Below are positions 57,759-64,000 of a stretch of DNA of 64,000 bases, in pieces. How positions within the stretch are numbered: position 1 is the first letter of the stretch; each line of letters opens with the position of its first letter. The notes below the pieces were generated by a model. The model had not been told where the DNA came from and did no database searches. It saw nothing but the letters and a program-made list of their open reading frames with translations. This DNA comes from a virus (Duplodnaviria > Caudoviricetes): the IMG/VR virus record IMGVR_UViG_2711768162_000009, positions 1 through 64,000 of that record. One strand, given 5' to 3'. Position numbers and translations under genes: made by a program.

Positions 57759-58222
57759 GCACCACCACGCTCCGCCTCAACAACATCGCCAATCGAACCT
57801 CTCGGCAGCTCTATCGGTTGATGGAGCAAGCTGCGCAAGAAACCAAGAAGCGCATCGAGATGCAGACTCACAAAGACACCGGAGCGCTTGAGTCGGCTAT
57901 TCGCGTCAGGCGCCTGTCTCGAGGCGGAATCAACGGACGCACCTCTTTCGAGGTCTTCATTGACCCTGAAAAGCGCAGAAGAGTTCGCACCAGGGGAGGC
58001 GGAATCCGGCGACAGCGGGTTGTCACGTATGCCCGCCGGCTCGAGACCGGCGAATGGGGTAAGACGCTTGGCCCCCGATCTCGTCGCAAAGATGAGCAGA
58101 TGCGTGGACAAGACCCCACGGTCAGGGTCGGAACGGGCTTCATGACCCGCAGTATTCGATTCGTAGAAGCAGTCTATCGCCGCAAAATCGAGCGTGCGAT
58201 AGAGCAATCCATCAGGAGGTAG
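57734..58222 (+). CDS. neck/tail completion protein (HK97 gp10-like)
   Basis: DTG.L..AI, YA...E.G, FM.R; basic. Confidence 0.7.
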   Translation: MGIEVRGVGTTTLRLNNIANRTSRQLYRLMEQAAQETKKRIEMQTHKDTGALESAIRVRRLSRGGINGRTSFEVFIDPEKRRRVRTRGGGIRRQRVVTYARRLETGEWGKTLGPRSRRKDEQMRGQDPTVRVGTGFMTRSIRFVEAVYRRKIERAIEQSIRR

Positions 58223-58225
58223 CGG

Positions 58226-58609
58226 GTGATTGAGCGTGCAATCATCGAAGCCCTGGAACGCAGCAGACTCGGCTTCGAGACCTATCCCATCTTCTACAAC
58301 ACCATCCCCGAGTCGGTGCCTGTCGCCGTGATGGTGGATACCCCGATTCCGGGCTTCGAGATTGACCCCGAACTGCCCGGCTACTTCAACGACATGATCG
58401 AAATCGTGATCCGACACAACGACCCCGAAGCCGGGATCAGCCTGTGTCGGAAAGTGATGAGAGTTCTCGAGGTGAGGAACCTCCGCATTGGAGGCTATCA
58501 CTTCAACCACATTCGACCCGTCAGCGAGCCCACCGCCTACCCGCTTTCTGCGGCCGGCAATGGAGAGTTCGCCGTCCGGTTCGAATTTAGCTGTTACCGC
58601 GTAGATTAA
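58226..58609 (+). CDS. tail terminator
   Basis: Position before the major tail gene; 127 aa. Confidence 0.65.
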   Translation: MIERAIIEALERSRLGFETYPIFYNTIPESVPVAVMVDTPIPGFEIDPELPGYFNDMIEIVIRHNDPEAGISLCRKVMRVLEVRNLRIGGYHFNHIRPVSEPTAYPLSAAGNGEFAVRFEFSCYRVD

Positions 58610-58616
58610 GGAGACC

Positions 58617-59102
58617 ATGATGGCTCGCGAAAACATCAAGCTGGGTGCTTGCAACGGCACCTTCAAAGGCACCCAACTCGGCCTGACCAAAGGCGGTGTT
58701 GAGGTGAGTGTCGAGACCACCACCCACCCCGTCACTGTCGATCAGCACGGCGAGACGGTGATCGAAGAATTCATCACCAAGCGCAGCTTCAAGGTCACTG
58801 TGCCCCTGGCCGAAACTACCATCGAGCTGATGGGCCTTGCCCTGCCCGGCTCCGACGTTCAGGACGGTCAGCTCGTCATCAAGGATGGCGTCGGCACCTC
58901 CCTGCTGGATGGGGCCGGTGAACTGTCCCTGGCCCCCGTGTCTGGCGGCAACGACGAGCCGGTGCGCTTCCCGAAAGCCAACACTGCCGGCAACTTCTCG
59001 TTCGCCTACCGCCACAACGAAGAGCGCGTCTACAACATCGAGTTCACCATCTACCCCGATGACGAGGGTGTGCTTGGCTACTTCGGCACTGCTGCGCCTT
59101 AA
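58617..59102 (+). CDS. major tail (tube) protein
   Basis: LG.TKGGV, V.VPLAE; strong RBS; followed by a terminator. Confidence 0.85.
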   Translation: MMARENIKLGACNGTFKGTQLGLTKGGVEVSVETTTHPVTVDQHGETVIEEFITKRSFKVTVPLAETTIELMGLALPGSDVQDGQLVIKDGVGTSLLDGAGELSLAPVSGGNDEPVRFPKANTAGNFSFAYRHNEERVYNIEFTIYPDDEGVLGYFGTAAP

Positions 59103-59138
59103 TTGGCGCTGGTAAGTAAGTCACTACTTACTTATCAT

Positions 59139-59162
59139 AGGGGGCTATCAAGCCCCCTTTTC
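59139..59162 (+). terminator. terminator after major tail gene
   Basis: AGGGGGCT-ATCA-AGCCCCCTTTT. Confidence 0.75.
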
Positions 59163-59186
59163 ACGTTTGCAACACGAGATCACACC

Positions 59187-59516
59187 ATGTCTGTCGAAAT
59201 GCTCAATCTGGACGACCTCAACCCCGTCATCAAGCAGTTCCAGTTCAAGGGTGTCACCTACGACATTTGCGAGATTCAGCTCGGTGAGTTTATCCGTATG
59301 ACCGCCGAACAGAAGTCGTTCGAGTCCCGCGTCAAGGATGGTTCGGCCACTGAAGAAGACCTGCTCGCCCACTACCGCGTGAACATCAAGCGCATGATTC
59401 CCGCTCTCACGGACGAAGTGTTGGACAGCATGACCTTCCGGCAAGTGCAGGTGCTGATGGACTTCATCAACGCCAGTGCCGTGAACGAGAAAAGCGTCGC
59501 TGAAGCAAAAAAGTAA
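59187..59516 (+). CDS. tail assembly chaperone (gpG-like)
   Basis: Between major tail and TMP; ends with slippery A AAA AAG TAA. Confidence 0.8.
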   Translation: MSVEMLNLDDLNPVIKQFQFKGVTYDICEIQLGEFIRMTAEQKSFESRVKDGSATEEDLLAHYRVNIKRMIPALTDEVLDSMTFRQVQVLMDFINASAVNEKSVAEAKK

Positions 59517-59866
59517 CGCGGGCAGATCAGGACGAGAAGCCGAGCGTCGTGAGCATCGACCTCGGCTACTTCATATCCCGCGTCATGCGCTTCTACTCAA
59601 TGAACTACCGGGACGTCCTTGATCTGCCCCTGAAGGCGTTCTGGATGCTCGACCGAAATATCTCCCGCATCAAGGCCGAAGACGACCTGCGCCAAGTTCG
59701 TCTCAGCGCACTTGCCAGCTCCGGCAGCAAGGAAGCGCTCGAGAACTTCATGACCGAACTCAGCGATGAGATCGGCAAGCCGATCCAGCAGGACCAGTCA
59801 GCCATGGAGCCTGGCGCCATGGATCGTCTCAAGTCGCTTATGGGAGCACCGAATGGACAGAGATGA
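59507..59866 (+). CDS. tail assembly chaperone -1 frameshift extension (gpGT-like)
   Basis: -1 frame open from AAAAAAG (59507-59513) and in frame with ORF 59549-59866. Confidence 0.75.
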   Translation, partial: KKVTRADQDEKPSVVSIDLGYFISRVMRFYSMNYRDVLDLPLKAFWMLDRNISRIKAEDDLRQVRLSALASSGSKEALENFMTELSDEIGKPIQQDQSAMEPGAMDRLKSLMGAPNGQR

Positions 59867-62800
59867 TATTTCGGTAGTGCTGACCCTTGATGATCAGGAG
59901 TTCACGGTCGGCATCAAGAATGCCGGCGCCCTCCTGAAGCAGTTCAAGGGGCAGACGCAGAAGACCGCACAAGGGGTCGAATCACTCGACACCTCTATCG
60001 AAGGGCTAATGGGTAAGACGCGAGACCTGACGGTAATCCTCGCGACTGCCCACGCGGCCCTTCAGACCGTCTACAGCGCTACCCTGGGCTGGCAGAAGGC
60101 CATCATGGACGCCGCGGGCGAAATTGAACGCCTCGAAGTCATGATGCGCGGCATGTCTACGGCCACTACCCAGGCTGAGCGTGACCTGGAGGCAATGGCG
60201 GCCTCCAAGTTCATCACCGACTTTGCCCAGAACGCCCCCTTCCGTATGGAGGCGTTAACCGACACCTTCGTCAAGTTCAAGACTGTCGGTATCGACCCCA
60301 CTCAAGGCAGCATGAAAGCGCTGACCGATGCAGTGGCGGCCTTCGGGGGCAACTCAGAAATTCTGCATCGTGCCTCTATCGCCATCCAGCAGATGGTTGG
60401 TAAGGGCGTAGTGTCGATGGAAGAGCTGCGGCAACAGCTCGGTGAAGCAGTGCCCTCAGCCATGCAGATCATGGCTCGCTCGATGCGAATGTCCGTCTCC
60501 GAGCTGGTTGGTGCAATCGAATCCGGCACCGTCGAGTCCACTTCCGCCATCAACAAGATGCTGGCCGACATGGCCATTTCTTTCGATGGTGCCGGCATCA
60601 GCATGATGACGACCTGGCAAGGCATTCTTCAGTCCCTGGAGACCCGCTGGAAGCTGTTCTTGAAGGAGATCGCCGGCAGCACCGAGCCAGGCGAAAACAG
60701 CTTCTTCAACACAGCCAAAGGCATGGCGGACGAGCTGTCACAGTGGCTCATGAGTTCCGAGGCCAAGCAGGCGGCTCGCGAGTTGAGCGAGGTGTTCTAC
60801 ACGATGGCTGAGGCCATCAAGACAACCTCTATCGCGCTGTTTGAGAACCGCGAAGCCATCATGAGCGTGCTGAAGGTCTTCGCCACCTGGTATGTCCTAT
60901 CGCGGGCTACTCGTCTGGTCGTGAGCCTGACCTCATCACTGAACAACATGGTCACCACCATGGGCGGTGCCAAGCAGGCATTGCAGTCCTACCGGGACAA
61001 CATGGATCGCGCTCGTCAGACCCTGATGCAGTTTGAGGGGCAAGTCGCGTCAGCCACATCACGCAAGCAGGCCAATGCTATGGCTGCTCGCACTCTGGCA
61101 ACGTCCGTAGGTCGAGTCGGGATGGCTTTTGCTGCTCTTGCCGGTCCTATCGGCATGGCGGTATCTGCCCTTCTGACCGTCGGCTCGATCCTGTCTGAGA
61201 TTCGCACGGACACTGACGAGCTGACCGAATCCATTCTCCGCACCAATGGCCTTCTGGCGACCCAGGGCGACCTGGACACCTTGCGGGAGCGCAAGAAAGC
61301 GCTCGAGGGCAACATTGCACGCCAGAACGAGCTGTTGGAAGGCGCCCAGAACGCGACGACCGGCATCTTCGGCATGTCCGAGGAAGACAAGGCTCGAGAC
61401 ATTGCCAAGGCCCGAGCCGGGCTGGAAGCGCAGTTGGCTGAGATCGAGCAAGTCAATGCGGCCATCGAAACAGCGGTCGAAGGTCTGTCTGTCCAGGCTT
61501 CTGAGCGTGCAGCGTCCAGCATTCAGCGAGTCATGACCGAGAGGACTCGCCAGATTTCTTCCGTGTTTCGGCAGACCCAGCAAGAGATCGCTGAAGACCT
61601 CAAAAACGCCAATGGCGATGCCGGCAAAATGCAGGAGATCACGGAGCGCGCCCTGGCCGCGAACGAGCAGGCCCTTCAGTCCAAGCTGGACCTCTTCGGC
61701 GATATGCGTCAGAAGGCCCAGCAGGAGCTGCAAAGCCTGGCCTCTGCCGAAGACGAGCTGAGCGCTCGCCGCCGTGCCGAGCTGGAAACCGAGCTGTCGA
61801 TCATCAGTGACTTCGAGATCAATGCCAGGGAAGCCGCCGAGCGCTATGCGGAAGCCTATACCTCGGTCAATGAGTTCGTGGAGAAGCCCTCCACCTCTAC
61901 CGCCAAGGTGCCGCAGGTCGTCAAAGACTCCCAGCGCGCCCTGGCGCAAATGAGTCGGCTCGTTGACGGCTTCAGCATCAAGCTCGAACAGGCTCGAGGC
62001 AAAGCGTCCGAAACCAACCCGCATCTCGAAGGGCTCATCGAGCGCATTCGTCAACTCCGCGAAACCATCCGGCCGGAAGAAACCAACGCCTTCGACCAGT
62101 TCGCCCAGCAGGCCATCGACAAGGCGGAAGAGCTGTATCAGGTAGAGCAGAAGACCCGCTACGAGAAGCAGGGCCAGCAAGCCCTCATGCAAGTGCTCAG
62201 TCGCACCGCTTCCTCCCTTCAGGACACCGAAGAAGGTCGGCTGATGCGTATGCGCGTCCAGAAGGCCGAGCTTTCCCAGCAAGTCGAGAAGTATCAAGAG
62301 CTGATCGAGAAGATGCGCGAGTTCGGCGTCGAGCAGGCCGAAATCCAGCAGTTCTCAGACGCTCTCGCCCAATACCAGACCGCTGCCATGGACGAGATCG
62401 TCCGCGAGAACGGCTCTGCCTGGGACCAGCTTATCGCCGACATGGATAACACCAGTCAGGAGTGGGTGGGCGTATGGCAGAGCGGCATGGATCAAGCCAT
62501 GGATTCGATGGTCAGCTTCGTGAAGGAAGGGAAGCTGAACTTCTCGGACCTGGTAGACCATGTGCTCGAAGAGATTCTTCGAATGCAGCTCAAGCAGTCC
62601 GTGACCAAACCGCTCAATCAGCTCATGAATACCGGCATCCAAGCCCTATCGACCTACATGGGCGGCGGGGCCGGTGCCACCAGCTACGGCGGGTTGTTCG
62701 GCGGGTCTCTCCAGACGACCGCCAGTGCGAACGGCAACGTCATGACAGAGTTCGGCCCGGCTCAACTCAACCGCTATGCCAATGGCGGCATCGCTCGCAG

Positions 62801-63065
62801 CCCGCAAGTGTCGCTCTTCGGCGAGGGCTCTCGCCCAGAAGCCTACGTGCCGCTGCCTGACGGCCGGACTATCCCCGTCACCATGCAGGGAGGCCAGCAG
62901 GCGCCAAACATCATGTTCAATGTCGTCAACCAATCAGGGCAGGACGTCGAGGCCCAGCAGCAAGGGGGCCGATTCGATGGCGAAACCTACGTGCTGGATG
63001 TGGTGCTCAAGGCCGCCAACCGCCCTGGCAACTTCCGTGATGGACTCAAAGGGGCTCTTGCCTGA
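59853..63065 (+). CDS. tail tape measure protein
   Basis: About 1070 aa helical; A..APF, EELRQQLGE, ANGG..GE..PEAYVPL. Confidence 0.93.
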   Translation: MDRDDISVVLTLDDQEFTVGIKNAGALLKQFKGQTQKTAQGVESLDTSIEGLMGKTRDLTVILATAHAALQTVYSATLGWQKAIMDAAGEIERLEVMMRGMSTATTQAERDLEAMAASKFITDFAQNAPFRMEALTDTFVKFKTVGIDPTQGSMKALTDAVAAFGGNSEILHRASIAIQQMVGKGVVSMEELRQQLGEAVPSAMQIMARSMRMSVSELVGAIESGTVESTSAINKMLADMAISFDGAGISMMTTWQGILQSLETRWKLFLKEIAGSTEPGENSFFNTAKGMADELSQWLMSSEAKQAARELSEVFYTMAEAIKTTSIALFENREAIMSVLKVFATWYVLSRATRLVVSLTSSLNNMVTTMGGAKQALQSYRDNMDRARQTLMQFEGQVASATSRKQANAMAARTLATSVGRVGMAFAALAGPIGMAVSALLTVGSILSEIRTDTDELTESILRTNGLLATQGDLDTLRERKKALEGNIARQNELLEGAQNATTGIFGMSEEDKARDIAKARAGLEAQLAEIEQVNAAIETAVEGLSVQASERAASSIQRVMTERTRQISSVFRQTQQEIAEDLKNANGDAGKMQEITERALAANEQALQSKLDLFGDMRQKAQQELQSLASAEDELSARRRAELETELSIISDFEINAREAAERYAEAYTSVNEFVEKPSTSTAKVPQVVKDSQRALAQMSRLVDGFSIKLEQARGKASETNPHLEGLIERIRQLRETIRPEETNAFDQFAQQAIDKAEELYQVEQKTRYEKQGQQALMQVLSRTASSLQDTEEGRLMRMRVQKAELSQQVEKYQELIEKMREFGVEQAEIQQFSDALAQYQTAAMDEIVRENGSAWDQLIADMDNTSQEWVGVWQSGMDQAMDSMVSFVKEGKLNFSDLVDHVLEEILRMQLKQSVTKPLNQLMNTGIQALSTYMGGGAGATSYGGLFGGSLQTTASANGNVMTEFGPAQLNRYANGGIARSPQVSLFGEGSRPEAYVPLPDGRTIPVTMQGGQQAPNIMFNVVNQSGQDVEAQQQGGRFDGETYVLDVVLKAANRPGNFRDGLKGALA

Positions 63066-63445
63066 TGGAATACTTGACCATGCCCAACTTTGGGCTCAAC
63101 GACGCCACCACCAAAGAGGACTCTTCAAAGTTCTCCGAGACCACTGAGAGCAACGCTGTCGAGCAGAAATCCGAAGGCGGGTATTCGATTACCCGCCCCC
63201 GCTTCAAGCAGAGGCGCCGGCGCATCTTTTCGACGGCGTTCACCAACCTCACTGAAGACCAGAAGAACGAGCTGCAAGCCTTCGAAGAGTCGATGGGCGG
63301 CGTCATCAGCCCGTTCTACTACCGGCACCCCCAGACCAATGAGCTTCATCTGGTTCAGTTCAAAGAGCCGCTGAAGTTCACTTACAGGGGAATGGGGCCG
63401 ACCCGTCGGTGGGACGTCGATAGCATCAAGCTGAGGGAGGTCTGA
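63065..63445 (+). CDS. distal/minor tail protein (lambda gpM-like)
   Basis: Follows TMP; GY..TRPR, L..FE...GG...F.Y.HP, L.EV. Confidence 0.75.
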   Translation: MEYLTMPNFGLNDATTKEDSSKFSETTESNAVEQKSEGGYSITRPRFKQRRRRIFSTAFTNLTEDQKNELQAFEESMGGVISPFYYRHPQTNELHLVQFKEPLKFTYRGMGPTRRWDVDSIKLREV

Positions 63446-63446
63446 T

Positions 63447-64000
63447 ATGGCGATGCATCACTCGATCGCTACCGTGATCGACTCACACCGGATCGCATCT
63501 CTAAACGCCTTCGTGCCAATGCTGGTCGTGGAAGTTATCGACCACCGCACGGGTGAAGTGGTGGATACGCTGAGGGTCTGCCGAAATGGCAACGAGGACA
63601 TTACTTACCAGGGTCAGCTCTATGCCACCACGGACTTCGACCTCACGGAGACCAATGAGGTGGATCGCCCTTCCGAGGTGACGCTCTCGTTCTTCGACCG
63701 CACTGGTGTCGTGACTCGCTACATGCAGATGTATCGCGGCGGCGTTGGCTTCAAGGTCCGCCTGTTCTTCCTGAACACCGGCAACATGGATCAGCCGCCC
63801 GAGTTCGAGACGACCTACACTGTGCGGACCTCAAGCGCGGACACCAGCTCCTATCGGGTGAGCTTCACCCTGGGTATGGAAAACCCTTTGGCCTTGCGCG
63901 TGCCTCGGAGAACCCAGCGCAAAGACCGTTGCCAGTGGCGTTACAAGGGGCCGGAGTGCCGATACACCGGCAGCCTACGCACCTGTGACTACTCGCTCCA
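63447..64000 (+). CDS. minor tail protein (lambda gpL-like), truncated by window end
   Basis: Open frame; P.R....CQWRYKGPECRY.G...C motif. Confidence 0.8.
   Translation, partial: MAMHHSIATVIDSHRIASLNAFVPMLVVEVIDHRTGEVVDTLRVCRNGNEDITYQGQLYATTDFDLTETNEVDRPSEVTLSFFDRTGVVTRYMQMYRGGVGFKVRLFFLNTGNMDQPPEFETTYTVRTSSADTSSYRVSFTLGMENPLALRVPRRTQRKDRCQWRYKGPECRYTGSLRTCDYSL

Noticed and set aside
244-59134. CRISPR array from the recurring TAAGT..ACTTA motif
   Set aside because: Copies are dispersed singletons without regular spacers; no cas genes.
54070-62297. Long antisense ORFs (54070-55158, 57419-58735, 61059-62297; also 12101-13114)
   Set aside because: Shadows of GC-rich, codon-biased sense genes.
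1-64000. Firm call as a phage-plasmid, or an RT/maturase partner for the ribozyme
   Set aside because: No Rep, integrase or reverse transcriptase (YADD) gene is visible in this window; they may lie outside it.

Overview
A 64-kb stretch of a large, probably temperate long-tailed (siphovirus-type) phage. Its gene order resembles the SSU5/pHCM2-type phage-plasmids, although no Rep or integrase lies in this window. 0.3-33 kb holds replication, recombination and nucleotide genes: a CobT/CobS-like pair, DnaE with a fused UDG-like domain, SSB, 5'-3' exonuclease, RecA, SbcD/C, RuvC, NrdAB, MazG-like, ThyA, RNase H, DHFR, kinase and DnaQ-like. 33-44 kb is an accessory and largely non-coding region: Acb2 anti-CBASS protein, an sRNA candidate, a large structured RNA, glutaredoxin, duplicated membrane proteins, a HEPN-like protein and repeats. 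44-49.7 kb has a helicase and RHH regulator divergent from a ParB/ParB/ABC-ATPase/GNAT module. 50-64 kb is the terminase-head-tail operon. The most striking item is an ORF-less group II intron-like ribozyme at about 35584-36100 whose domains are circularly permuted with the break inside domain II (DII'-DIII-DIV-DV-DVI-exon-DI-DII), predicted to back-splice a 70-nt RNA circle. Also notable: about 34 copies of an 18-bp palindromic operator (TMAGTMA-N4-TKACTKA) at most promoters and many gene junctions, a dispersed ~100-bp gyrase-site-like element, and a strand-specific GGY-depleted early region. All calls are from manual reading; no searches or folding programs were run.
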